From assembly GCA_016748015.1 (NCBI GenBank), contig JAAOMT010000479.1, forward strand, positions 148,427 through 212,426: a DNA stretch of 64,000 nt, read 5' to 3'. The DNA comes from Geosiphon pyriformis uo1 (taxonomy: Eukaryota > Fungi > Glomeromycota). Positions 33,967-47,914 of this stretch are shown piece after piece. Under the pieces are notes generated by a model. That model was not told where the DNA came from, did not search any database, and saw nothing but the letters and a program-made list of their open reading frames with translations. The position numbers and the translations under genes were made by a program. Positions within the stretch are counted from its first letter, which is position 1. Every line of letters starts with the position of its first letter.

Positions 33967-35598
33967 GGATAAATTTTGCTTTCACCTAAAACTTTTTTCA
34001 AAAGTCACACTAAAAAGATATCCCCATATAATTATAAAATTTATTTTTAAGGAAGATACTTCTCTAAAATCTTGTTTGATAATTAAAAACCGAGAAAGGA
34101 TTTACATTACTGGATAATGTTTGAACGTCTCATTAATCAAAAAAAAAAAAAACTGTCAAAATTTCTTGATGTAATTTGATTAAAAATTAATCTTTCTACT
34201 CACAGCATAATGATTGTAAACAAAACGCCAATACCTGCAAACATCTGCACGATTTTTACCTCTGAATTTTATACCATGATTGCACTTGAAAAATTCGTCA
34301 TTTTATGCGGCCTGAACCTCTAAATTTATCTTAAAAATGCACGAACCAGATTCGAGTCATTTGAAACTATAAAAAGTCTTTTTGCGGCTTGGAGTAATGT
34401 TAGACCACCAGCCCTGGAGCATTTGATTTATTTCTTCCCTTTAATCTTAGACATCATATAGAACTGTATTGGCTTCACTGCAGGTTATTTAATCAAGTTT
34501 TTTTATACTTTGATTAAATTTCTGATATTTATTATTAATTTTACTTACTAACTATCAAATTGAAACATATAACGTTAATAACGAATTCTGACTTATAATT
34601 TGTTTGTTAAATTACCAGTGAGAAATGCTTACAAATCAAAAATCCCGAGTATTCTAAAGAATAATAATGTTAGACGTTTAAAGACTTTATTTTTGGACTA
34701 AAAATTGTGTTGTGTCATGAATACATTAGTTGGATCTATTCTTTAAAAGATGCTACTTGACGCTTACACGTCACCAATCAGAGATTGCAGAAGTGACTAA
34801 GCGTTGGTCTATTTACAAAGATATATTTCATAGTCATTATTAGAAAATTTATGAAAAATTTTTTTTTTTGCCTATCCTTGGCAAAATTTTACAGATTTGT
34901 TTTTTACAAAATTCAATTATGAATTATAAAATATTTGAAATCATGATAAACAAAATATAATTAAACTTAATTAATGCTATATTTAATTTTTTAAATCAAG
35001 TTCTTATTTTTTGTTGTTTTTATTTTTTAATTATTTTAAAAACCTGAATAAATTGATTATTATTTGAATTTTTGGTTTAAATAAAAAAATAAAAATAATT
35101 TTTTTTTTTAAAATTTAAAAATAATTCTACATATAATATATTTGCTGAGAAAATTTAAAATAAATTTTATTTATAATATTTCATCAGAATAATAAAAAAT
35201 TATATATAAATTTTTTTTTGATTTGTTATTTATTATTTCATATACTTAAACTTTTTTGTTCAATTTTTGCTTTTTTATTAATTGATATTTTTCCTCTTTT
35301 ATTGTTTTCTACTTTGCTAAATTAAAAATCAGGTTTTACCTAATTGTTTACTAATACTGTTTTATTTATAGTTAATGATTATATATTGTAAATAGTATTT
35401 ATGAAATTATAGTTTTTAGAGATTAGATGGCCTTTGTTGACATGATAAAACCACACTTGGGATTGATTAAAAAGAATAAAGTCTAATCATTGCTTTAGTG
35501 TAGAAATCTTTTGATAATTTAAAATTTTTGCTCATGGTGTAATTTTTAGTGTGTTTGGTGTTATTTATAAGAACTCTCTCAAAAGGAACCAAAAAAAA

Positions 35599-35746
35599 AT
35601 GTCGCCTTTTATTTCTTGTGTTCACACTGGCCAATCTCAGCTGTGAATAGTAGTTTACACGTGGAGCGCGGTTATTTTGCTGATGGAATAGCCACTGAGG
35701 AAGCTTGTGTGATTCTTACTACTACTACTACTACTACTACTACTAT

Positions 35747-35834
<88 letters not shown>

Positions 35835-36291
35835 GGTTCTTGGAGATGTGTGAATAATGGCTTAAACTTGGAAGGTAAATTTAAATGGCAACTAAAGTCT
35901 CGAATAAAATATTAATATTTGTTTCTTCCTAAAAGGGCATTGTAAAAATCATTCTTGTCAGGCCTATGACAAAAGTATTCAGACCTTCTTTAAGCGGGGT
36001 TATCGAAATGGAGGAAAGTTTAATCTCTTTTGGGATGAAGCTGGTTGCAAGTGCCCCCTTTGCAACCAGCCTATGAGACCTATAAATTGTGGTTTCTTGA
36101 GAGCCCAATGGAAAATAAGTGGATACAGAAAAATGAATCCTGGCGAATACCCAGAATAATGGAAGTCTACCAATGGTGACAAGTATGAGTATTTTAAAAA
36201 TTCTTCTCGACTTGTTCCATGGGATCAGAGCTTCACTATTGAAGTGAGGGAACACCAAAAATCATTTCAAAATGATCATTTTAATGCTTGA
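35599..36291 (+). pseudogene. Two-exon Cys-rich protein pseudogene (WR…GLNLEG-C-N-C-AY…CPLC…CGF…W…G domain)
   Basis: GT-AG intron 35875-35935 joins WRCVNNGLNLE-G-HCKNHSCQAY…CKCPLC…NCGFLRAQWKISG. In-frame TAA at 36157 with coding-like sequence continuing to TGA 36289-36291. ATG 35599 is out of frame; TATA-like element at ~35562. Confidence 0.75.
35718..35834 (+). repeat. (ACT)39 microsatellite (one ATT) inside exon 1 of the pseudogene
   Basis: Direct observation; in frame as poly-Thr. Confidence 0.95.
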
Positions 36292-37963
36292 CATATTTTC
36301 TTTCTTTTGATGTAATCGCTATCCTTAGTAAGTGTTCCTAGCTCTCTTTCTTTCTTTCTTTCTTTTACTATGGTTTATATGTATGATTATGGCTTAATTT
36401 TTTAAATAAATAAAAATCAATCTTAGTCATCTTGACTAAAATAAATTAAATGATTTATCAGAATATACAATAAGAAAAATTGAGCATAAATTCTTTGCTG
36501 AGTTTTAAAAAATATCGCAATTTCAAGAGTGATATTGCTAAGCCAGAGAATTACGCTTTATTTTATCTAGATTGAGATAAAGATGTTTTTCAAGCAAACG
36601 GGTTTTGAAAATTGGAGAATCAACAGAAAAACCATTTTAAAGTTATCTCAGCACTTGGCATAAAAGGTATGAGTTTAGGGAGAACAATTTTATGATGAAA
36701 GAATTAAACTCTCGGCGAAGTTTGAGCCATAGGTTCGGCTGATATTTCTTGTGGTTCTTTTGTCTTTTTCTCTCGAGTTGTTCAGTTAAATTAATAGTAT
36801 TATTATTATTATTATTATTTTGTTCTCCCCTGTATTTTGTCATTTTTTCTCTATTATCTCCATAGGAAATAACCCCTAATCCTATGTAAAGCTAAAATCA
36901 AAACATACCAGATCTAAGGCCTTCTAATCTTTCGGTATCACGCTTGATTTCTTTTTACTTTGGTTAAAATATCTTTGATTAAAGTTTCTATACATGTACT
37001 ACCATTATAATGTGAAAAGTTTTATTATTATAATGGGAGAATTAAAACACACATTCAGTATCCAGTTGCCAATTAAACGAAGTTGTTAGATGAAAATTTT
37101 GCATTTTTTATTAGGGAAATAGTAGAAGACAAATTTGTCGAAAAAAAATTGTTTAGGACAAGCTTCTCAAGAATCCTATACTATCAATAATCCAAATTTA
37201 ATTGAAAGAAAGCAGAGTTATGAGAAAAATCTAAAATTGAAAGTTGATTAAATTAAGAAAGGGAAAAAAAGATGCTATTTATCGTAGGGAGTCCATTTGA
37301 GTAAACTTCCCCTTACCTGATAAGAAAGAAAAAGAAAAAATTCGCGAATTACAAGACAGTTATCCACGATATAATTTTTCCTTTTAAATTTAAATAATGA
37401 ATCATTGATTATCGAGAATTATCTCATTCTTTAACTCTTTAGTCTTAATCATCAACCCTATCGTCACTAGGTGATCGTTCGTTGACTCTAGCTGGTTTTA
37501 CCGTTAGCTTGAAAGTGAAAGGCTGGCTTGCTAGCCAAATTTTTTTTGAATATTTTCTCACTCAAAAAGTTAAAAATATAATTATGTTTTTATAATTTTC
37601 TAACTTGATTTTGAGGACCTAATACCAAATTGTAAATCAATAATATGTATTTATGACATGATGAATTATTTTATCATTTGCTAAGCAGTTTCGACTGAAG
37701 AAGGCAAACTAAAGTGTTTCCTTAGTGGGTTTCCAGATAGGAGGCTCAGCATGATTATCATATCGAGGCTTGGTTAGACATAAGCTTTATTTTTACGGCG
37801 GTATTTCCTATTTTATTCAAAGAAAATGAGGAGTTGTGTAAAATATTTTCAGGGAACTTTAGTTTTGATGACCTGATTAAGAAGAATCAATTGTTCCTTG
37901 GAAACATGTGATAAAGTTGGAGAATATTAAGTTAAGTTTTGTTAAAGATTCTTGAAGGCAACG

Positions 37964-37975
37964 AAACAAAGAACG

Positions 37976-38014
<39 letters not shown>

Positions 38015-39157
38015 AATTAGGTTTATTCATAGCCAGACAAAAAGTGATCTTAAGATTTCTCTTTGGCGTACATGTAAAAAGAAGATTGAGACCATCCAAT
38101 TGAAAGCATTAATCTCTGGTTGAAACTTGAGATAATCATTGTTTTAATTATTTTACTAAATTGACCAAACAAGGAAATGACATGTTCTTATTACACAAAG
38201 AATAGGTTATTTGCAAATGTATCACACAAAGACAATGGAACAATGCCCTTTGAATTACAAACTTTTTCCACGAGAAGGACAGGATTCATCGATCAAAGTT
38301 GTACGAAATAATAGGAAAAAGTCGCACTGATTAATAGTTGTTAGAATCAACTTTATTGTGTTTTAAGTTCATTTTCTGAATAACGATAGACAAAGAACAA
38401 GATTGATATGTAAAAATTTGCATCACTATCATGTACAGAAAAAATTTAATTTAATTTAATTTAATCTTTTTAAAGGTTTTGTAGTATTTGACATAAGAAA
38501 TCACAAAAAAATATATATCATGTTTGAACTCCTTTGTTTTTCAATTTTTTTGTTTCAAAGAACACAATTATTGTGCTTTGAAGAAAATTAATAACGATTT
38601 ATAATGAATAAATGAATTAATGTATGATTTATTGTTCAAAAAAAGAGAATAGAACGTTTGAATTTTTAATAAGGTAATTTTGATTCAAAAAAAATAAATC
38701 TGGATCTTTCAAGTTTAAAATGGTTCTCGATCCATTACAAAACTTTATAAAATTTATTTCTAATTCAATTGTTTCAAGAGAAACCTTGGACAAGAGAAAA
38801 AATTTCCTTTTTTTCTTGTGACTATTTTTCTAATAGGTTTTTTTTTTTAATTATGACGAAATAAGCTTAAGATCTTTCTTATCGACAAAGTTTTCACATT
38901 TTAAGTCCACCACTAAAAATGTTTATTATGATGTTTAAACGGGTTCCAAAGTTGGACCATGTCACTATTAAAATGGTTAACATAATCCCATTTGGTTAAA
39001 TTGAGAGGGCAAATCATGCAATTACTTTTCTGCCAACAAGAATTTTGAATAAGAAATTGAAAAAGTCAAACGTGAAACCAACGTGACGAAACGCCTCCAA
39101 GGTCATACGCTTATTTCCTGTAACGAAATATTATCAAGGTCGTGGATAAAAAAAGCA

Positions 39158-39203
<46 letters not shown>

Positions 39204-41174
39204 ACCTTTATTCTTTTGATGCCTCAGAATCTAGCGACCATGATTACTCACATACTCTAAAAGGAAAGTATTAAAAATTCCATTAAAATTTACTCACGCC
39301 AGATTTTTTTGTATAGAATTGCAGATATCGAATGATTTTCTTAGGTAAAACTTGTCGCTGTGTAAATTCAATGAGACCTTAGACAGGAAAAAGTTTTCCA
39401 CGACGCGAAATTATTAATATTTCATATCAAATTATAGATTTAAATGTATAAATTATTTTTTGAATCAAGTGAAAAAACGTTTAGAAACGACCTAGTTATA
39501 TTTTTCATCTTTTATCTTTACTTTAAAATTAAGGTTTGATGACATTTGAATTCTTGGAAATTAATCAATTTAAAGGTATGATATATGTATATCCCGTTCG
39601 CTAATCACGACCTTTAAATTTACCAAATGGGAATTAAATTTTTAATATTCAAATTGTAATAATTGTAATCGAGTCTAGAAATTCATTAAGGTAATTAATG
39701 GTCTCGTAATAAGAGCAAATTCGAGAAAGAAAATGGCATCACTTTTTTGATAGACAAAGAACATTCGATGCGATTAAAAATTTTAAAGTTGTGTAACAAT
39801 AAATCATTGATCTTATTGGGTAATATTTTCCCAATTCCTTAAAGACAATGAAGACAAAATGATAAAGAGCACTGGTCTTTTCAAAGGGTTACCAACAATT
39901 TAGAATTTTCATGAGAATAATAATAACCATTTTAGGAAAATTTTTGATTAATGGAAGGAATGATAAATTGTACTCTGATTAAATTGCGAAAAATTATTAA
40001 TATGTCGTGATCCTTTGGTAAATTTAAATAAAGATACCAGAACTTTGTCTCATCAAAAAATCCAAAAGATAAAGATAAAATTTTTTTCAAACGTATTGCT
40101 TTTTAACCCTTATTTTAAAGATTCGTATTGGAAATTCCCATTGTAAAAAACATAAAATTATAACCCATTAACCTTAAAAGTTTGGAAATTCCTCCCAAAA
40201 AAGTCAGACAATAGGTTATAAAGAATTACCTATTTCAAGAGTCTTTATCTAATTAGGAAAACAACCTTTTGTATTTAAATTTTTAATGATACAAAAATAT
40301 AAGAAAATAAAATTATTATTCTTGAAGGAAAAATACAATCCTTTTTCTAATAGACAAAGAACAACACGTTACAATCATTATATTATAATTTACTATATTT
40401 ATTTTTGAATTTAAAATATTTTTTGTGAAATACATAACAAAGGAAAAAGAAATTTATTGGTAGTCTACGTTTTGAATTTATACAGTATCTCTTTTCTTTG
40501 AAGGAATTACAGATTAGGTAATTTTTTAGGCTCGACTCGACTCGACTCAACTCAACTCAACTTTTCTATACATTTTGTTTGTTCTCCTGTCCTTGATTCT
40601 TGAAAAAACTTTTTTTTATGGTCCCATAACTTCACGAAACTGAGATTTCCTTTCAGAACCAAATATGGTTAAATAAATCCTTGATTAGGAAGAACAAAAA
40701 TGTTCAAGATTTGAAATCTTCCAAATAGAAATGATACTTATTGAAACTGAAATTTTTAATCAGTGAAACAAAGATTACAGAAAAAGCTTTATTTCAATTG
40801 TAACATAAAATCTCAATTATAAAGATTTACCTTAAACTATTTATTGAAAAAAAAAAAATTTTTTTAACTTCTCAAGTTTTAGAATAATAGAAGGTAAATA
40901 AATAAAGTTACCAAAAGAAAAGTTGCCTATTTAAAACATTATTTTCCTTTATTAAACAATTGTTGTCTTTTTTCTTGAAATTGGAAATCGGAAATCTCAA
41001 ACGTTCAGATTTTTAATGAGACTGAATTAAAACCCTTAAAATTAGCTAAACAATAAAAGATCTCCGGGATCTTTAATTCCCAATTTTCTTTTGTCAATTT
41101 TATAATAACGTCGACAATTTGTCTATTCTTAAGTCCTATTTTTCAATTCTCATTCTTTCATTAACAAAGAACAT
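37964..41174. promoter_or_regulatory. Cluster of HMG-box-type binding motifs (ACAAAG/AACAAT)
   Basis: Exact ATAGACAAAGAACA at 38386, 39750, 40350; related ACAAAGAAC at ~37966 and ~41164; dense sites at 38226-38254 and 38554-38582. Confidence 0.5.
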
Positions 41175-43672
41175 GATTCATACAATGATTGTGTGCTTTC
41201 CATGATGTTTCTCAATTGAAAATTTAGAAGTTGGATGTTTTTGATCGACAAAATGTGTATCCATAGGTTGCATACATATTGTGTAATTTCAAAGAAATTT
41301 CTCTTTCAAACAAAAAAGATTAATATTACGAGGAGAAATTTCAATTATGCCTGCTTTTACATAAAACGCATATACCATATATTGGAATTTAATTTTTATG
41401 TTAATAAAAATTAAATTTGAGATCGCGACATATGTACAATTGATTGTGAAATCTCATTCTTTTATGATATTTTGTGTGTGTTAACCTTGTTATCAAAAAT
41501 TCCCAGGACCACAAATTATTCTTTATGAAAAAGATGTTTGTAATTTTGAATGTCACAAATGAAATTTATGTATTCAAGGAGGTCAAAAAAATTTTTTTTT
41601 TTCAAAGCTTGTTAGGGACTAAGAAACTTGTTTCCGTTCCCATAGATCTCTTTTTTTTTTTCAAAAGTTATTGAATGTGATAAATAAAAAATTAAATCTA
41701 AATGCTAGTAACAACAACAATAATAACAACAACAACAACTTGAAAAAGGTGAGACTTGAGTTACCCTTAAAAATCCTACCTTTTCAAGATCCACCACTAT
41801 TTCAAACAAATTTTCAATTATTCTTTTTAATTTAGAATTGTTTAGGAAATATTCCTTTTAGAAATTGGTAGTATGTTAGTTGGCTGACTCATATCTTAAG
41901 TAACTTGTGACATGTTGGAAATGGGAGTAATAACCAATTAAACTTTATAAAGTAAAAAAAAATTAAAAATCCAAATCATTTTCTTGAAGACTGGTTGCGT
42001 AAAGCATTAATTGATCTGAATAATAATTAAATCATGCTTTTTTTAAACAAAAGGATGTATGTCATCAAATATATCCACGATCTCTAAATTTGGAGTTTCT
42101 CAAAGGAAATTTGTATGATACAAAAAATCTTTTATAAATGATTCAGCAAACCCAACTCTCCCCTCAAAAGAATAGAACAATAGCAACGTATAAATGGTGA
42201 TGTAATTGAGCTTGGTAACTTATAAACTGTCAACAAAGATCTACATCGTCCCTAATGTTGCCTTACATACATTATCTAAATCAAGTAAAGCTCACCCAAA
42301 AATTTTTTGGTAAAAAAGTATTGCAAAAGCTTTCCTGAAATAGAAAAATCATCTCTCAATCACTCACTCACTCACTCACTCTCTCTCTCTCTCTCTCTCT
42401 CTTTTCGGACAGGAATTTACAGTTATAGGTTCAAGGTTAGGATTGTTTCTTTTTTTTGCTGCATGTAATTAGTAAATTAACGGTCGGACATTTTTTAATT
42501 TCCACAAAACAAGTATAAATTATTATGTGGCCTCCTGCGACTATTTTAGAACATTACAGTATAATAATTTTGACTTTCTAAAAAAAAATGATTGATCAAA
42601 AAGATTTAAGAAATCGTAAAGTTTCGAATAATAGCTTTGTCAGGGAGGAATAAAGTTTCAAATTAATCTCACACGTCTTTCTTTAATGATAAATTTTCAC
42701 AATAGGCCATCGATTTAAAATTGTGTCTTGATAATTCGTCAATTTAATACGGTATACCCCACAGTTTTTGATGACCAACTTTTAAGCTCAAAAGTCCAGA
42801 TGGGATGAATCTTTGAAATTCATTTTTTTCACGATAATTTGACGTTTCCAAAGGTTTAGTTCATCACTGGTAGATCACCTTGAATTCCTTATCGGTGAAT
42901 CTCGTATGCATTATGTAGATTTGAGAATAATAACCTAACCCGAATCGCAAAAGGTCCAATAAATCAGGAAAGATCCGTCTGCTAGGTAACTAAAATGTTC
43001 ACCCAGGAATAGCAAATCTCAAAGATTCCTTGTTTCCCAATTTATTTTCAAATAATGAGAACGAGCAACCCAAGAAAAAATACCCGCCTTTGAAATATTC
43101 CCGGTCCGCATGTGAATAATGAAAAAATAAAAAATAAAAAAGTGAAAAAATTTTTGTAAAACTTTAAAAAATTGTTTTTTTGACATTTGATAATGCAATG
43201 CACTAGCGTCATCGAGCATTTATTTTAACACATTTGTGCGCATTTACATTCGGCCTTGATAAAGAATCCCCGAACACTAGTAAACTTATTATATTTATGG
43301 GAAATACATGCAGGAAAACGAAAATGTAAATGATGACAATATCTCGTTCATTCTTAGATGGAGAAAAATTTTATCTTGTTTTTCATATACATTATCATAT
43401 ACATTAAGATTCCCAAAAAGAAAAAAAAAGTTCAAAAACATCTCGTTCCTTTTCCAAACCTAGTAAGGTCTATTCTTTCGATGGCAGCCACGTAATCCTT
43501 GAAATATTTATGTTTATGCATGTTCATCACTTTAATGTTTTTTCTTAACATCACAAAAAGCTTAATTGAATCCTATTAGTGAACAAGCTTTTCGCTTTAT
43601 CGTGTATTTCGTTATGACTACTTTTTATTTTTTTTACATTTCTTCAATTTTGTGATTTATTGATTTTTACTA

Positions 43673-43718
<46 letters not shown>

Positions 43719-43784
43719 TTCAGATCATAAAGAGTAATAACAAGAGCGAATATCAAAATTTTTCTAAATTTTCCAAGAGGATCC

Positions 43785-43802
43785 TACTATTACTACTACT
43801 AT

Positions 43803-43852
<50 letters not shown>
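43785..43852. repeat. (ACT)n microsatellite
   Basis: Direct observation. Confidence 0.95.
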
Positions 43853-46236
43853 GCAATCTTTTTTTCAACCAGGAGGAATGAAAAAAGTTTTTGTCCTGCA
43901 TCAGAAGATCATAGTGAACTTGAAGATCCTGACAAATTTAAACTTGTCGAAACCAGTTATCTTAAAAAGAAATGAGGGAGAAAACCAGCGTCTATCTGCT
44001 GTTGCTGCATTGTTCAAACCTTTGTTTATCAGAGTTGGTGATTCAACCGAAAACACATTGTTCTAGCTGAAGACTATGGTGATACATGATCATGTTATTA
44101 TTCATTAAAAAGACACTGATCGCAGTCAAAATATTTATGGTCTACGGCCGGGGGGTTTCTGGAAAGATTATTATCAAAAAAATCAATGATGTAAAAATGA
44201 CAGAATGCAGGAAAATATCAAAATAAAACAAGACAATGTATATTAGTAGAAACGAAACTCTGGCACCATCGATTCTATCTTTGTGCACTAAAATGTGACA
44301 TGTTGTTTTTTTTTTGCTGTTGGGAATTGATGGGTAGTAGTCGTCGTCGTAGTCGTCGTCGTCCTCGCTTCTAACCAAATAAAATTTTTACTATCATCAT
44401 CCTATTCTATTAATCATCTGACTAGCTTCATCTCCAAAAATGAGAACAAAGGTAGAAATAACAAAGGGGTGAATTTATGGGGGTAAAATTGAAAGTCAAT
44501 TAGATACTCACACACACCCACCCACACAGGCACAAGCACACATACACTAAAACACACACACGCACACACTAAAACATATACAAAAAGCTTTGAAAATAAA
44601 AATAAAGATAAACCAATGGTACCAGTACCAGTCACAAACTTTTTTAAACAAGTAGTACATCAAATGGGAATTTTCAGGTTTGAGGGGTCAAAAAAAAATA
44701 TTTCAAAAGCCATTGTGAATATGTTACTATGAGCCCATTGATAGAATAAAAAATTATTCACTATGACAATGAGAGTTAGGGAAAAAAAAATCTTGGCAAA
44801 ATACTACTATAATGATTACACAAATAGTGATTCAAAAAAACAATTAGTCACTCTTAAGCATTTTCCGTGAAATGATTTGCGAATGATTTGCAAGGAACTG
44901 GAAAATCCCCATCCTCAAAAACCGATTAAACTTAAAAGCGTTCATGAGTTAAAATAAATTTCACCAAAAAAGTGATTTGAAAAATGACTTGGGGTAAGAA
45001 ACAAAAAAAAAATTTTTTTATAAGTCAAAAACATGTAAAGTTTAATGATTGTGATTATGATCGATGTAATGAATGCATCGTTGTTGTTGTTGTTGTTGTT
45101 GTTGTAGTTGTTGTCGTCGTCTAAAGATTATTATAGTAAGTAGTGCGAGTTGGTCGTTGTCGAGGCTACACCAATGGAACTTGTGTGAAAGATTTCACTG
45201 CGATAACGACCTTAAATGAAAAAGTCGTGGGAGTTTAATACTGACATTATATTAGATTTTGGCTTATGGAAAGTAGCCAGCCCACATTGTAATATCAAAG
45301 AGCCACAAGAGTAATGTAAGAGCACAGACAAAAATTGATTTTTCTCAATAATAGCAACAATTGCAAATACCCAACATTTCACAACATGATTGAAAAGTAT
45401 AGGGAAAATTTTTGACTTTTTCCATTTTTGCTTCGAGCTTTTTTTTTTTTATTGAAAGTTTTTGTGATGAATATTATATTACTATTTATTCAATATTTTA
45501 AGGTTAAACTAAATAAAAGCCTATGGCTTAGTTCCTCATTCGAGAATGGAAAAATAAAATTGCCAAAAAAAAAAAAACTACTTACAAAAGAAGAATTGAG
45601 AAACGAAAAAATTTACAAATCAAAAAGTAGAAACAAGCAAACTACTATGAGAAAGAATTTAAAATATCTCGTAATAATGTTTGTAACAGAAAGAAAATGC
45701 TATGTGAATTCAATGAAGAAATGAAAAAGGAGAATTTACAAGGGGAAATTGTAATAGGGGGAGATAGACAATTGTTTCTTAATTGATATTACTGATGCCA
45801 AGTTCTCATTGTCAGTTCAGGGAAAAACTACCAATAAATTTTCAAGCCATTATATCACAATTCAAAAAGTGAATTATGGTCTTTCATTTTCAATGCCATT
45901 TAGAAGAACATATGCTAAAATTAAAAGTATAATTATCTCTAACAAATTATTGTAAAGTGTTAGATTATTATCACTAACAAATTTGGTGTTGGAGAAATGA
46001 AAGAAATGACAAGGAGAAATGGAATAAAGGATGTTGTTGATAATGATGATGATAAAAAGAATAGAATTTAATGATTTTCAAATTTTTTGCTCGAATTAAA
46101 GAGGAAAGACAGCGACACGCCGTTTTTCAGGAAAGAATTTCATGAGCAAAATCACAAATACTAAGACATCCTTTTCCAGGTCGAGAGAAATTTATTGATT
46201 GGTAGCTTTGAGTCATTTCATTTGGTATTAAGATCT

Positions 46237-47070
46237 TTAACAATTTGGGTTATACTGACGAAACGTTGTACTCTCCGTATTCAGTAGGAAAGTGAGGGAC
46301 ATTTTTTCACAAGAAAGATCAGATCCAGGAGTTGTTTTCTTTCTTGGCTTCGTTCTTGAAGGACGACGTGGAGAGTAGACGTAGTTGGGATATAATTTCA
46401 TGTGAGCTTCTTTTTCAGCTTTTGCTTTTTCAGCATATAGTTGTTTAATTTGTTGTGATTCGTTTGCCCATCGATCAGCTGCGGATTTTGAGATTCGAGA
46501 CAGTTCAGAAAGAAGAATATTTGGATGTTCTTCTTTTATTCTTTTTTGATATTCTCGTCGATAGATCATGAAAGAATTTAAAGGCCTTGGGGGAGTTTCA
46601 CGATTTCTTCGACGTTTTGTAACTCTTGGAGAGAGGGGTTGTTGTAAGGTGTCAAGCATTGTAGTATTGGTATTGGTATTGGTATTGGTATTCGTAATAG
46701 TAGTGGTAGTAGTATTAGTAGTGGCGGTGTTAACGGGTGATATAGTTTGATGATGTTCTAATTCACCGTTTATCAACAAATGTTGTTGGTGATGTAAATT
46801 TTGATTATCTGTCTCGTATAGATTTTGTGGATGATGATGTGAGTTGTATGGAGAGGGGGCTAAATGATAATATTGTTGATTTCGAAGATGGTACTGTTGA
46901 TTTTGTTGGTAAAGGTTAAGAGGAATTTGTTGTTGAGACTGAAGTTGGGATGTCGTATTTTCAAATATTATACGATGATTGTGCAAATTATTATGGTGAT
47001 AATTGTTATCAGTTGTCACTGTTGCTTCGACTAAGGTTCTTTTATTATATGCTCGAATTAATTTTGTCAT
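46237..47070 (-). CDS. Sequence-specific HMG-box transcription factor (MATA_HMG / SOX-TCF type), 277 aa, single exon
   Basis: Intact ORF; PPRPLNSFMIYRREYQ…ISK.AADRWANE…Y…A..EK..H…YPNYVYSPRR is a MATA-type HMG box; Q/H/N/T-rich N-terminus; basic flanks; C-terminal MSLTFLLN. Confidence 0.95.
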   Translation of the reverse strand: MTKLIRAYNKRTLVEATVTTDNNYHHNNLHNHRIIFENTTSQLQSQQQIPLNLYQQNQQYHLRNQQYYHLAPSPYNSHHHPQNLYETDNQNLHHQQHLLINGELEHHQTISPVNTATTNTTTTTITNTNTNTNTNTTMLDTLQQPLSPRVTKRRRNRETPPRPLNSFMIYRREYQKRIKEEHPNILLSELSRISKSAADRWANESQQIKQLYAEKAKAEKEAHMKLYPNYVYSPRRPSRTKPRKKTTPGSDLSCEKMSLTFLLNTESTTFRQYNPNC

Positions 47071-47107
47071 GGGTTAAAAAATCTGTGGGTTGGGAGAATT
47101 CAAGGTG

Positions 47108-47117
47108 TATTTATATT
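47108..47117 (-). promoter_or_regulatory. Candidate TATA box of the HMG gene
   Basis: Minus strand AATATAAATA about 40 bp upstream of the ATG; another TATATAAAA near 47425-47433. Confidence 0.4.
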
Positions 47118-47534
47118 TGAAGTTTCCAGTCGGCGATTTTTATTGTTATTACGGATTACAGTGAACCAGAAAAGGGGGCTAATAATATTCTTTTAGTATT
47201 GTGTGTGTACGTGTGTGTACGTATGTGTGTGTGTGTATTGTGTTGTTGTTGTTGTTGTTGTTGTTGTTGTGTTTGTATTTGTTATTTAACGATGATGGTG
47301 ATTCAGTAAAATCTTGATTTGGTCAACTTTTGGCTGTGTAAAAAGACCGGGGGTAAAAGAACAATGATGAAATATGTTGAATGGAAATAAGATTTTCGGT
47401 CAAGAGCGGGCGTGGTAGAATGCTTTTTATATATTAATTGATTAATAGGAAGTCTTTTTTTCAAAGATGGCGGGAAACTGGCGAAGTGTATACAAGAATG
47501 GTTGAGTTAACGTCAAAAATAAAATATATTGTTA

Positions 47535-47575
<41 letters not shown>

Positions 47576-47878
47576 TATATTGTTGTATAATAATAATCGA
47601 CAACTATTGAAGATTGGATTGGATTCGATTGGAAAATAAAATAAAAAAAGAAGATGGTCAGATGAGTGGAACCCTTTTTTTTTTTTTTAATTCACTATTA
47701 TGTGATGTCATAAAAATTTATGACTAATGGATCTTGCGGTCAAAGCGTTGAGCAGATGATTCGTGAATTTACGGAACCAAGAGAATAATGTGGAATAAAT
47801 TTTTTCAAAGCGAAAGAGAACAACGAAAAGGTCTTTTGGTGAAAAATTAAAAGAGTTAAAAAGTTCCAAGAATTCAAC

Positions 47879-47914
<36 letters not shown>

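Noticed and set aside
35929-36258. 109 aa minus-strand ORF
   Set aside because: Antisense shadow of the plus-strand Cys-rich exon.
46237-47070. Mating-type (sexM/sexP or MAT) locus
   Set aside because: No flanking tptA/rnhA or homeodomain genes in the window; MATA-HMG genes form a large family in these fungi.
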